Source: Gemmatimonadota bacterium
Lineage (GTDB): Bacteria; Gemmatimonadota; Gemmatimonadetes; Gemmatimonadales; GWC2-71-9
Direction of reading: 5' to 3'
Assembly (NCBI GenBank): GCA_029863245.1
Contig: JAOTVV010000015.1
Location: forward strand, 5,280-69,279
DNA: 64,000 bases
Shown one piece after another: positions 33,744-42,783 of this stretch (positions are counted from its first letter, which is position 1; every line of letters starts with the position of its first letter). A program made the position numbers and the translations under genes. The notes under the pieces were generated by a model. That model was not told where the DNA came from and searched no databases. It worked only from the letters and a program-made list of their open reading frames with translations.

Positions 33744-34742
33744 CCGCCGCACTCGGATCAGCTCAGCCACGACCGATACCGCGATTTCGGCCGGTGTGTC
33801 AGCACCGATCCGTTCCCCGATCGGCACGCGAACACGCTCCAGGGCCGCGCGGGGAACGCCCAGGCTCTCCAGTGCCTTCCAGATCACGGCTTTCTTGCGC
33901 GCACTCCCCAGCATGCCCACGTAGCGGGCACTCGACGCGGCCGTTGCCTCGACAATCTCCGCATCGAATTGGTGGCCGCGCGTCGTCGCCAGGACATAGT
34001 CGTCGGCGTCGAGCCGTACGCGGCCCAGCACAGTTCGAAGGTTCTCGACGATCACCTCGTCCACACCAGGAAGGCGGCTCGGGTCGGCGAATTCACGCCG
34101 ATCGTCGATCACCACCACATAGAAACCCGCCCGCGCTGCGAGCCGCGCGATCTCGTTCCCGACATGCCCCGCCCCGAAGACGATCACGCGGGGGAGGCGC
34201 GGCACCGGCTCGACAAAGAGGCCCCGCTGCTCGTCGACCGTGGGCGTCAACGGCAGGTGTTCGACACCCGTGAGGATCCCGGGCACGTCTGTCCCTACCA
34301 CGCGATCACCGACCCGTGCCGCCTTGGCCGGTCCGGCCGCCCAATCCAGCGCGGTCGACACGAGGGTCGGTATCCGCTCGGTGATCGCCCTGGCGACGGC
34401 GCGATACAGCCCGTCGAGCTCCGCCACGACCGGTTCGAGGAAGAACTCCGCGGTCCCGCCGCAGGACAGCCCGACATCACCCGCGAGGTCGGCGTTCAGC
34501 GTGTGACGGACGACAATCGGTGCGCCGCGTTTCGCGGCCTCCAGCGCCTGCGCCATCACATCCGCCTCAGTGCACCCGCCACCGATTGTCCCCCAGTACT
34601 CGCCGTGTTCGGCCACCACCAGCTTCGCGTCACGGGCCATGGGCAGCGACCCACGATGGCGGGACACCGTTGCCATGGCGCCCGGTGCACCCTTCGCAGC
34701 CAGCTCGGCGGCTGCCAACCACACGGCCGCTCGGTCGCTCAC
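33720..34742 (-). CDS. XdhC/CoxI-family accessory protein (Mo-cofactor insertion chaperone family)
   Basis: N-terminal XdhC_CoxI block (ATVSRHRGSLPMARDAKLVV...WGTIGGGCTEADV) and C-terminal Rossmann block (VIVFGAGHVGNEIARLAARAGFYVVVIDDR). The GTG start overlaps the upstream stop (GTGA 34739-34742). Confidence 0.85.
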   Translation of the reverse strand: MSDRAAVWLAAAELAAKGAPGAMATVSRHRGSLPMARDAKLVVAEHGEYWGTIGGGCTEADVMAQALEAAKRGAPIVVRHTLNADLAGDVGLSCGGTAEFFLEPVVAELDGLYRAVARAITERIPTLVSTALDWAAGPAKAARVGDRVVGTDVPGILTGVEHLPLTPTVDEQRGLFVEPVPRLPRVIVFGAGHVGNEIARLAARAGFYVVVIDDRREFADPSRLPGVDEVIVENLRTVLGRVRLDADDYVLATTRGHQFDAEIVEATAASSARYVGMLGSARKKAVIWKALESLGVPRAALERVRVPIGERIGADTPAEIAVSVVAELIRVRRLGNPGRE

Positions 34743-35098
34743 GCGCGCGGCAGCTCCTCGAGCGTCGCGACCGCGCGCCGAAGGTGGGGAATCACGATCG
34801 AGCCCCCGACCACGAGGCCCACGGCGAACACCTCAAAGATCTCGTCATTGGTCGCGCCCTCCTCCCGACACCGGACCAGATGGTAGGTGATGCAGTCATC
34901 GCATCGGAGCACCATCGACGCCGTCAGTCCCATGAGCTCCTTGGTCTTGGCATCGAGGACGCCCGCCTCATACGTGCGGGAATCGAGCGCGAAGAACCGA
35001 TTGATCGTGAGATTGCCGGCGGCATTGATGGCCGCGTTCATCTTCTCGCGAAAATGGCGGAACGCCTCGAGGCTGTCGTCGGGTGGGTTGGGAGGCAT
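34739..35098 (-). CDS. Carboxymuconolactone decarboxylase/AhpD-like family protein
   Basis: CMD-family core with a CxxC motif (ASMVLRCDDCITYHLVRCREEGATNDEI). ATG 35098 is preceded by GGAG 5 nt upstream; ATG 35122 is an alternative. Confidence 0.8.
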   Translation of the reverse strand: MPPNPPDDSLEAFRHFREKMNAAINAAGNLTINRFFALDSRTYEAGVLDAKTKELMGLTASMVLRCDDCITYHLVRCREEGATNDEIFEVFAVGLVVGGSIVIPHLRRAVATLEELPRA

Positions 35099-35222
35099 GC
35101 AAACTCCGGAGGTGCGGGTCACCGATGCGAAATCTAATCGGCGGGGCAGACCGGCGTCTTGTGAACGGCGAGCGATTCCCAGCGGCTACCGAGGCGAGGC
35201 ACGAAGGCACCGCCGCGGCCGG

Positions 35223-36479
35223 CTAGTGGTGACCCGTCAGCTCAGCCTTTGCCAGGAGCCGCGGGCTCACCATCGGGAACGTTCGAGCAAACAGCCCGTA
35301 CGCCAGCAGGAACAGCCCCAGGAACCCGAGAGAGATGGCTATTTCAGGCGCGCCGAACATGGGCCCGGCCTCGGTGAGCGATGGCTGGACCAGCAGATAG
35401 CGTTCCAGCCACACACCGACGAAGCTGATGGCGAGAAACGTGGTGAAGGTCACGCGGTTGATCTTCGCCTTGACCCAGATGAGGCCCCAGAACGGGATGA
35501 GGAAGATCATGAGCCCGACCAGAATCGCAATCGGTCGCCAGTCGCCCCACAGCCGGAGAAACACGAACGACGTCTCTTCCCGCAGGTTGCCGTACCAAAT
35601 CACGAGTAGCTGGCTGTACATGAGGTACGCCCAAAAGATTGAGAACGCGAATACCAGCTTGCCGAGATCGTGAAGCTGCTCACGCCCAATCACGGCGCCC
35701 ATATCGAGCTTCCAGCGCCAGAACACACTCATCAAGCCGAGCATCGTGAGCCCGGTGAGGAAGGCACCCATGAAGAAGAACGCGCCGAACAGGTTGCTCA
35801 TCCAGTACGGGGCGAGCGACATGATCAGATCGAACCCGAGCAGGGAGAAGAGGTACGCGTAGAGCAGGCACAAGAGGGGCGCGAGCCAGTTGATACGGCG
35901 CTCCACGGCTTGGAGCTGTTCGGGACTCCCCACGTAGTCGCCGGCGATGCGGTCGTACAGCGCGCGCTTCCAGCCCGTCACGTGATCGCGGAGCTCGGCC
36001 ACGTCCGGCTTGAGGTCATGGTAGACGAATGCCACGCTCGTCACCATCAGGGCGAGCAATGCCGCCAGATCGCGCCAGAACACCCAGGGGACCGTGAGCC
36101 AGTTCCCTCGCAGGGGCGTGGGATGCTCGATCCAGGGGAACAGGTGGTGCTTCCCGAGGAACAGCACCAGGAAGCACACCACGGAAACCGGCAGGAACAA
36201 GGCTGCCGCTTCCGCAAAGCGGATAATCGGGCCGGCCCACACGCCTTTCGTGATCTTCTGTGTCGCCGCGAAGACGATGGCGCCCTGGGCGACACCCGTG
36301 AAGAACAGGAAGTTGATGAGAAACAGGCGCCAAGCGCGACCGGGATCGTCACCCATCGCGAGTGCCACGAACGTGCCTAGTCCGACGATAGCCAGCACGA
36401 TGCCCGCCACGAATAGCGACGCCGTCGGAGCGTTGGCGCCGCGCCGGTGGATCTCGTGGTGGACCGTTGCCGGGCTCAC
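35223..36479 (-). CDS. actF: Alternative complex III subunit ActF (NrfD/PsrC-like membrane subunit)
   Basis: Polytopic NrfD-like protein, paralogous in architecture to ActC. The GTG start at 36479 overlaps the ActE stop (GTGA). Its position as the last gene of the actABCDEF order supports the call. Confidence 0.8.
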   Translation of the reverse strand: MSPATVHHEIHRRGANAPTASLFVAGIVLAIVGLGTFVALAMGDDPGRAWRLFLINFLFFTGVAQGAIVFAATQKITKGVWAGPIIRFAEAAALFLPVSVVCFLVLFLGKHHLFPWIEHPTPLRGNWLTVPWVFWRDLAALLALMVTSVAFVYHDLKPDVAELRDHVTGWKRALYDRIAGDYVGSPEQLQAVERRINWLAPLLCLLYAYLFSLLGFDLIMSLAPYWMSNLFGAFFFMGAFLTGLTMLGLMSVFWRWKLDMGAVIGREQLHDLGKLVFAFSIFWAYLMYSQLLVIWYGNLREETSFVFLRLWGDWRPIAILVGLMIFLIPFWGLIWVKAKINRVTFTTFLAISFVGVWLERYLLVQPSLTEAGPMFGAPEIAISLGFLGLFLLAYGLFARTFPMVSPRLLAKAELTGHH

Positions 36480-37030
36480 CGTGCCGTTCCCCCCAACGTG
36501 CGCATGTAGTTCACGATGTGCCACTTGTCTGCCGGCGTGATCCGACCGCCGTATTCGGGCATCAAGGCACCGAAGCCGTTGGTGATCACACCGTAGACCC
36601 AACCGTCGGAGGACCGAACCACGCGATCGTCGGTGAGGTTCCGGACCGCATTTGCCAGCGACGGTGCCACGAGCCCATCACCAAGGCCCTCGGCGCCGTG
36701 ACAGACCGAACAGTAGATCTCGTAGCGATCGCGCCCGCGCTCCAGCGACTCGGCGGTGACCTGCACCGGATTGACCAGTCTATCGAGTTGGGCCTGGTGC
36801 TGCGGCACGGCCGCCGGCACGACTTCTCGCCCAGTGATGGGCACCGCGCCCTCGACCGGCTGAAGGGGCATCTTGTACGGTTGGATCGCGATTCCTCGAT
36901 GCATCACGGAAAACCACGGCACGGCCGCCACGAGGTCATCGGGACTCGGAAAGCGATGCCATTGCTCCCGGGTACAGCCGGCCACCACGGCCACCAGCAC
37001 CAACACCGCTGCCGCGCGCCTAGGACTCAA
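36476..37030 (-). CDS. actE: Alternative complex III subunit ActE (monoheme cytochrome c, lipoprotein)
   Basis: Single CxxCH (CSVCHG) with a distal Met context (FGALMPEYG). Lipobox VLVAVVAGC. The probable TTG start at 37030 overlaps the ActD end by 11 nt; the exact start is uncertain. Confidence 0.75.
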   Translation of the reverse strand: MSPRRAAAVLVLVAVVAGCTREQWHRFPSPDDLVAAVPWFSVMHRGIAIQPYKMPLQPVEGAVPITGREVVPAAVPQHQAQLDRLVNPVQVTAESLERGRDRYEIYCSVCHGAEGLGDGLVAPSLANAVRNLTDDRVVRSSDGWVYGVITNGFGALMPEYGGRITPADKWHIVNYMRTLGGTAR

Positions 37031-37526
37031 CCCGCACCTCCTCGGCGCCCGCGGCCCGCAAGAGCGCCTCGACCTCGGCCCGCCGCTCGGTCGGACATCG
37101 CACGAAGATCCCAATGTGGTCGTCGGTGAACCGCCCCTCGTATGCCCCCATCTGCCGGTTCCGCCAACTGTGGAAGATCAAGCCTAGAATGGTGGCGCCC
37201 GCCCCGAACAGGATCGTCAACTCGAACGCGATGACGACGTAGGGAATCACCGACCCGATCGGCTTGCCGCCGACCACGAGCGGCCAATCGAACGACATCC
37301 AGAGGGTGAGCGCGAATCCCGACGCACACCCGAGCAGCCCACCCAGGAGGGTCCAGAGACGCACGGGACTCACCCGGTGCCCCACGGCCTGCGCGATCTC
37401 GACGTTGGGCACCGGCGTGTACACCGTGAAATCACGGATACCCTCCGCCTTCAGCGTCCGGATCGCCCCAGAGGCTGCGTCGACGAAGCGATACGATGCG
37501 AGGACCCCACCAGTCATGGTGCTCAT
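37020..37526 (-). CDS. actD: Alternative complex III subunit ActD (small membrane subunit)
   Basis: Only the last 168 codons of the 548-aa track ORF are used. ATG 37526 overlaps the ActC stop (ATGA). The product has a soluble N-domain, two hydrophobic helices (LWTLLGGLLGCASGFALTLWM; VIPYVVIAFELTILFGAGATILGLIF) and a C-terminal tail, at the expected ActD size and position. Confidence 0.7.
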   Translation of the reverse strand: MSTMTGGVLASYRFVDAASGAIRTLKAEGIRDFTVYTPVPNVEIAQAVGHRVSPVRLWTLLGGLLGCASGFALTLWMSFDWPLVVGGKPIGSVIPYVVIAFELTILFGAGATILGLIFHSWRNRQMGAYEGRFTDDHIGIFVRCPTERRAEVEALLRAAGAEEVRVES

Positions 37527-38872
37527 GAATGGGCCCGCTGCTTGCGCGGCATCGGAATGATCTCCTTCACCTCGGTGATCGACACCGTGGGGAAGTTCTT
37601 TGCGAACAACAGGAACCACATGAAGAACCAGGCGAAACTGCCCGCGAGAATCGCCCATTCGACCCACGACGGCGTGTAGTGGCCCATCGCGTACGGCTCG
37701 TACTCGAACGAGAGCGACACCACAATGATCACGAACCGCTCGAACCACATGCCGAGGTTCACGAAGAGCGACAGCACGAACAGCGCGGGGATGCTCTGCC
37801 GCACTTTCCGGAAGAACAGGATGAGCGGCAGCACCCCGTTGCAGAGAATCATGGTCCAAGTGGCCCACCAGTAGTCGCCGAATGCCCGGTTCCAGAACGC
37901 CGCTCGCTCGTACGGGCTCCCGCTGTACCACGCCATGAAATACTCCACGGCGTATGCGTAGCCCACGATCAGGCCGGTGAGGAGCAACAGCTTCGCCAGG
38001 TTCTCGAAATGCTCGACGGTGATGTAGCGTTGGACCCTGAACACCTTCCGCAGGGGGACGAGCAGGGTCACCACCATTGCGACACCGGAATAGATCGCGC
38101 CAGCTACGAAGTACGGCGCGAAGATGGTCGCGTGCCACCCCGGCACGATCGACATGGCGAAGTCCCACGACACGACGCTGTGGACGGACAGCACGAGGGG
38201 GGCGGCCAGTGCCGCCAAGTACAGATACGCACGTGTGTAGTGCCGCCACTGCTGGTCGGTGCCGCGCCAACCGAGGGACGTGATCTCGTAGAGCTTGCGT
38301 CGCCAGCCGGTTGCCTTCTCCCTCACGGCCGCAAGGTCTGGCACCAGGCCGACGATGAGGAACAGCGTGCTCACCGTGAAGTAGGTGGAGACCGCAAAGA
38401 CGTCCCACAACAGGGGCGACTTGAAGTTCACCCACAGCTGCCGCTGGTTCGGGTACGGAAACAGCCAGTACGCGTACCAGAGACGTCCGACGTGGATTAC
38501 GGGGAACAGCCCGGCGGTCATCACGGCGAAGACCGTCATCGCCTCGGCGGTTCGGTAGACCGATGTTCGCCATGCCGACCGGAAGAGATAGAGGATCGCT
38601 GAAATCAGCGTTCCGGAGTGTGCGATACCGACCCAGAAGACGAAGGTCGTGATGTACACGCCCCACATGACCGGCGGCGTGTAGCCGGCCACCCCGAGCC
38701 CGAACCTGATCTGGTAGAGGAGCGCGGCCGCGCCGATCGCGAGCACCACCAGCACGAAGCCGAGCAGGACGTAGTACCCGCGCGACGGCCGACCCAGCGT
38801 GGCCGTGATGTCGCGCGTGATCTCCTGATAGGTGGGCCGAGTGATCTGGTCCTCGCGCGCGATCGTCGCCAT
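37523..38872 (-). CDS. actC: Alternative complex III subunit ActC (NrfD/PsrC-like quinol-interacting membrane subunit)
   Basis: 449-aa polytopic protein of NrfD/polysulfide-reductase type (YYVLLGFVLVVLAIGAAALLY, WGVYITTFVFWVGIAHSGTLISA). It starts 6 nt after the ActB stop. Confidence 0.85.
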   Translation of the reverse strand: MATIAREDQITRPTYQEITRDITATLGRPSRGYYVLLGFVLVVLAIGAAALLYQIRFGLGVAGYTPPVMWGVYITTFVFWVGIAHSGTLISAILYLFRSAWRTSVYRTAEAMTVFAVMTAGLFPVIHVGRLWYAYWLFPYPNQRQLWVNFKSPLLWDVFAVSTYFTVSTLFLIVGLVPDLAAVREKATGWRRKLYEITSLGWRGTDQQWRHYTRAYLYLAALAAPLVLSVHSVVSWDFAMSIVPGWHATIFAPYFVAGAIYSGVAMVVTLLVPLRKVFRVQRYITVEHFENLAKLLLLTGLIVGYAYAVEYFMAWYSGSPYERAAFWNRAFGDYWWATWTMILCNGVLPLILFFRKVRQSIPALFVLSLFVNLGMWFERFVIIVVSLSFEYEPYAMGHYTPSWVEWAILAGSFAWFFMWFLLFAKNFPTVSITEVKEIIPMPRKQRAHS

Positions 38873-38878
38873 CTCGCC

Positions 38879-41800
38879 CTATCCCTCCACCAGGTTCCGG
38901 ACCTTCTTCAGGTACGTCACCGCCGGTCTGGTGTTGAGTTCGCCAAGCGCGTGATAGCCGCGCGTCTCACGTGCGAGCGCGCTCACCCGAGAGTTCGGGT
39001 CGTTGAGATCCCCGAACACGATCGCGTCCGACGGGCACGTTTGCTGACACGCCGTCAGCACCTCGCCGTCGGCGAGCCGGTCCCGATCCTCTAATTTGGC
39101 CTGGTTCTGCTTGTCACGGATGCGCTGAACGCAGAAGGTACATTTTTCCATCACGCCCTTGGAGCGGACCGTTACATCGGGGTTCAACAGCCAGTGCAGC
39201 GGCTCCGGCCACGCAAAGGTCGGATCGGCCGGCTCCTGATAGTCGAACCAGTTGAAGTACCGCACCTTGTACGGGCAGTTGTTCGAGCAGTACCGCGTTC
39301 CCACGCACCGGTTGTAGATCTGCCCGTTCAGGCCGTCGGGAGTGTGATAGGCCGCGAACACGGGGCACACCGTTTCGCACGGCGCGCTGCCACACTGCTG
39401 GCAGAGCATGGGCAGGACCCGGGCCTCGAACGGTTCGCCGTTCTCCCCACCTTCGAAGTAACGCTCGATCCGAAGCCAGGACATCTCCCGCCCCCGCCGC
39501 ACGCTCTCGGGACCCACCGTGGCAATGTTGTTCTCAGCGTAGCAGGCCGTCACGCAAGCGCTGCACCCGGTGCACCGCGAGAGATCGACCGCCATCCCCC
39601 AGCGTGGATGCTCGCCTTCGTAGGCGCCGTATTTCGTGGCCTCGTCCTGCCCTTCCTGCCAGTGATCGAGGATTTCCTCGATGCGCTCAGGGACTGGCGC
39701 GGCGTGAGCACCATGTTCCCCATGGCCCTCCCCGCGTGCCAGCTCCTCCAGCGTGACCATCTGGGCAATCCCGCGTCCCATCTGTCGCGGCTTCCCCTCG
39801 GTCTTCGGCAGCGGCGCGTGTTCGCCCGTGGCGCGAAGCGTCACACCGGTGTAGGTCGCGACGCCCCCGAACGCCGTCGGCTCCGCATCGAGCAGGTGCA
39901 ACACGTTTGCACCGCGTCCCTCGGCGTAGCGCCCGAACGCCGTGTGACCCTGCCCCATCGGCACCGCCACCGTGTCGCGCCGCAACCCGGGATACAGGTA
40001 GGCCTGCGCCCGGATCGTCGCCATGTCCGACGCGATCTCCACGACGTCGCCCTCGGCGATCCCGAGCTCGGCACCCGTCTCGGGGTGGATCTCCACCCAC
40101 GTCGTCCAGGTGGTCTTCGTGACCGGGTCTGGCAGCTCCTGCAGCCACGGGCGGTTCGCTCCGCGTCCGTCATAAAGCGCGGACGACGGGTAGGCGATCA
40201 AGGCGAGCCGGCCTTCGGGGAGCCGCCACGTCGATGATCCCTCCAAGGACCCGGCGCTCGCAGCAAGCGTGACTCGCTGCGTCGACGGCTCACGCCACAC
40301 ACCACCGCGTTGCAGGGCCTCGGTCCAGAAGGTCGCGAACGGACGGCGATCCCCGACTCTTGCCTGCAGCGCCGCCCAGGACCGCTGCAGGTAGTCCTTG
40401 AATGACGTCACCGTAAGCCGGGCGGAGGCCGGTCCGCCGACGCGGGCGGTCACTTGCAGCAGCACGTCGCCGGTGGCCCGCGTATCGAAGACGGGTTGCA
40501 TGACCGGCTGTTGCAGCGCATGCACCCCCGGACGGGTCTCGAAGTCGTTCCACTGCTCGAGCGGATCATGATCCGGCAGCACGAGGTCGCATGCCTGCGC
40601 CGTCTCATCCATGAAGCGGGCAAAGCTCACTTTGAACGGCACCGCCTGCATCGCGTCTCGGAATCCGAGTCCCGGCGGCGTTCCGTGAACCGGATTCGCG
40701 CCGTGCATGAACAGGGCGCGAACCGCTCCACCTTTCATGTCGCTCGTCAGCTCCACGAGACGGCTGTAGGGAGCCGGGCGCCCCGTGGGCGTTCCCTCGA
40801 AGCGTACCGTGCGGCCCACGTTGCCAGCCACGTAATTCAGGAGGTTCACCGCCGCGGCGGTTACATGAGCGGCAGCGTGCTGTATTCCCATGCCGCCGGC
40901 CAGCGCAACACTCGGCCCAGCCGTGAACTCACGCGCCAATCGCGCGACGGTGTCCGCTGGCACGCCCGTTTCCGCCGCGACCGTCTCCGGCACGTGTCGA
41001 TCGAGCAACGGGCGGACCCGGTGCACGTCGGCGGGGGTCGACGCGAGGCCATCGCGCACGATCACGTGGGCGACGCTCAGCGCCAGGAGACCTTCGGATC
41101 CCGGCCTGGGTGCGACCCACTCGTCCGCACTCATCGCCGTCATGCTGAGCCGCGGCTCGACATGGACGTAGCGCCCCATGTGTCCGTCGCGGTAGCCGTG
41201 TCGCGCCCCGAAACCGCGCGCGTGCTCGACGGGACTGAGCCAGGTATCGAGGAAGTCGGCCCCGAAGGAGAGCACGTAGTCGGCCGCCGCAAAATCGTGG
41301 CGCGCAAGGCCGTCAATGCCGAATACCGTTCGGTTGGCGTGCCGTAGCGCCTCGTAGCCAAGGGGCTCGAAAGCAACTCGCCCGCGGGACCCGAAGGCCG
41401 CGAGCCACTCGTCCACCAAGCGGTCGAAGCTGCCTGCTTCGTGCCCGGTGAGAAACCGGACCCCATCAGACGGCGATCCCCCGAGCCTCTCGGCCACCTG
41501 GGCGATTGCATCCTCCCAGGCAATGGGCTCGAACTTCCCATCGGCAGTCCGGGACAGCGGTTGTCGCACACGGTCGGGATTGTAGAGACCCTGGAGCGAT
41601 GCCTGACCGCGCGCACAGAGGCGACCGGCGTTCACCGGGTGGTCGGGGTTGCCTTCCACCTTGACGGCCCGTCCCTCACGTACGCGCACGTGCAGCCCAC
41701 ACCCTGCCGGGCACTCCCTACATGTCGACGCGTACCAGGTGGCGACACCGGGAACCTGATTTTCGGGAGGAACGAGGTATGGGATGAGTTTCTCGACGGA

Positions 41801-41899
41801 GTCGCTCGAGCAGCCGGATAGCGCGGCTGCCCCACCGCCGGTCACGCCAAGGACCGTGAGGAACTTTCTCCGGTTCATGCCATTCGAGTTCTCAGCCAT
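38879..41899 (-). CDS. actB: Alternative complex III subunit ActB (fused molybdopterin-oxidoreductase-like + 4Fe-4S ferredoxin domains)
   Basis: 1006 aa. Twin-arginine signal followed by a lipobox-like Cys (MNRRKFLTVLGVTGGGAAALSGCSS). The N-terminal MopB-like domain carries the cluster motif CRECPAGCGLHV. The C-terminal domain has four Cys clusters (CTGCSACVTACYAENNI, CQQCGSAPCETVCP, CVGTRYCSNNCPYKV, CTFCVQRI). Confidence 0.9.
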   Translation of the reverse strand: MAENSNGMNRRKFLTVLGVTGGGAAALSGCSSDSVEKLIPYLVPPENQVPGVATWYASTCRECPAGCGLHVRVREGRAVKVEGNPDHPVNAGRLCARGQASLQGLYNPDRVRQPLSRTADGKFEPIAWEDAIAQVAERLGGSPSDGVRFLTGHEAGSFDRLVDEWLAAFGSRGRVAFEPLGYEALRHANRTVFGIDGLARHDFAAADYVLSFGADFLDTWLSPVEHARGFGARHGYRDGHMGRYVHVEPRLSMTAMSADEWVAPRPGSEGLLALSVAHVIVRDGLASTPADVHRVRPLLDRHVPETVAAETGVPADTVARLAREFTAGPSVALAGGMGIQHAAAHVTAAAVNLLNYVAGNVGRTVRFEGTPTGRPAPYSRLVELTSDMKGGAVRALFMHGANPVHGTPPGLGFRDAMQAVPFKVSFARFMDETAQACDLVLPDHDPLEQWNDFETRPGVHALQQPVMQPVFDTRATGDVLLQVTARVGGPASARLTVTSFKDYLQRSWAALQARVGDRRPFATFWTEALQRGGVWREPSTQRVTLAASAGSLEGSSTWRLPEGRLALIAYPSSALYDGRGANRPWLQELPDPVTKTTWTTWVEIHPETGAELGIAEGDVVEIASDMATIRAQAYLYPGLRRDTVAVPMGQGHTAFGRYAEGRGANVLHLLDAEPTAFGGVATYTGVTLRATGEHAPLPKTEGKPRQMGRGIAQMVTLEELARGEGHGEHGAHAAPVPERIEEILDHWQEGQDEATKYGAYEGEHPRWGMAVDLSRCTGCSACVTACYAENNIATVGPESVRRGREMSWLRIERYFEGGENGEPFEARVLPMLCQQCGSAPCETVCPVFAAYHTPDGLNGQIYNRCVGTRYCSNNCPYKVRYFNWFDYQEPADPTFAWPEPLHWLLNPDVTVRSKGVMEKCTFCVQRIRDKQNQAKLEDRDRLADGEVLTACQQTCPSDAIVFGDLNDPNSRVSALARETRGYHALGELNTRPAVTYLKKVRNLVEG

Positions 41900-41943
41900 C
41901 CGTCCTCAGCTCCGCACCCCCATGATGCCGTCGACCACCGGAC

Positions 41944-42552
41944 CTAGTAATGGCACACGGTGCAGTCGGTCGAGACGTCTTCCTTCTCGTGACACGTGAT
42001 GCACCAGCCCATTTTCAGCGAAGCATGCTGGTACACCTGCGGCATGCGTCGAATCGGCCCATGACAGGTTTCGCACTTCTCGACGATCTCGAGATCCTTG
42101 AAGCTCCCCTCCTCCGATTGCACGTGACGGCTGTGCGGGAAGCGCACGAACGGGGACAGCACGTGGATCTCGGCCCACTCGATCGGCCTCCGCTCGTTCC
42201 AGTACTCCCGGAGCTTCTGCACCTCGGGATTGGCCGCCCCAGCGATGATGTGACAGCCCATGCACTGCGAGACGGTCGGCAGTCCGGCGCTCGAACTCAC
42301 CTCGACCGCGAAGTGGCAGTACCGGCAGTCCATCTGATACTCGCCGGCGTGGACATCATGTCGGTAGAGAATGGGCTGCACCGGTCCGGGAAGTCCGGCG
42401 GTATCGACGTCCACGGGCGCTTTGTATGGCGCTTGGTCTTGTGCGGGGTCGGCCTGGGCACGAAGCGCGCTCTCCGGCCGGGTGGTCACGAACGCAACGA
42501 CGGCGGCGAGCGCGGTGAGCGTGCCGACGGCAGCGAGGGCGCGCCTTGTCAT
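41944..42552 (-). CDS. actA: Alternative complex III subunit ActA (pentaheme cytochrome c, N-terminal membrane anchor)
   Basis: Five CxxCH motifs (CRYCH, CMGCH, CETCH, CITCH, CTVCH). ATG 42552 gives the anchor/signal MTRRALAAVGTLTALAAVVAFV. Confidence 0.85.
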   Translation of the reverse strand: MTRRALAAVGTLTALAAVVAFVTTRPESALRAQADPAQDQAPYKAPVDVDTAGLPGPVQPILYRHDVHAGEYQMDCRYCHFAVEVSSSAGLPTVSQCMGCHIIAGAANPEVQKLREYWNERRPIEWAEIHVLSPFVRFPHSRHVQSEEGSFKDLEIVEKCETCHGPIRRMPQVYQHASLKMGWCITCHEKEDVSTDCTVCHY

Positions 42553-42691
42553 GACCCAGCTGTGCGAGGCATGAACACGCTCCGTCCGTGTGTGATGCCG
42601 TGCCAACCGACCGATGTGACTCGTCCTGAGAAGCCGCACCGGACATCATGAACGAGGCGTGTGCGACCGAGGGTCCGGCGCGGCCGCAAGT

Positions 42692-42719
42692 AAGATAGCC
42701 GATGAAAGATCTAGCACAA
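42692..42719 (-). promoter_or_regulatory. Candidate sigma-70-like promoter upstream of the act operon (TTGTGC-N16-TATCTT)
   Basis: A locally AT-richer island in the 231-nt actA upstream region. The minus strand reads TTGTGCtagatctttcatcggcTATCTT. This is pattern recognition only, and promoter consensus for this lineage is unknown to me. Confidence 0.25.
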
Positions 42720-42783
42720 CCGGCGCGGACGGGCACTCCGTGACGCTCCAAAACTCGGGCAGCACTGACCCTGGGGGCGCCGG

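Noticed and set aside
37527-38666. Upstream 380 codons of the 548-aa ORF 37020-38666
   Set aside because: This part overlaps actC out of frame and is Arg/Pro/His-rich. Only the last 168 codons, from ATG 37526 (coupled to the actC stop by ATGA), give a sensible ActD-like membrane protein.
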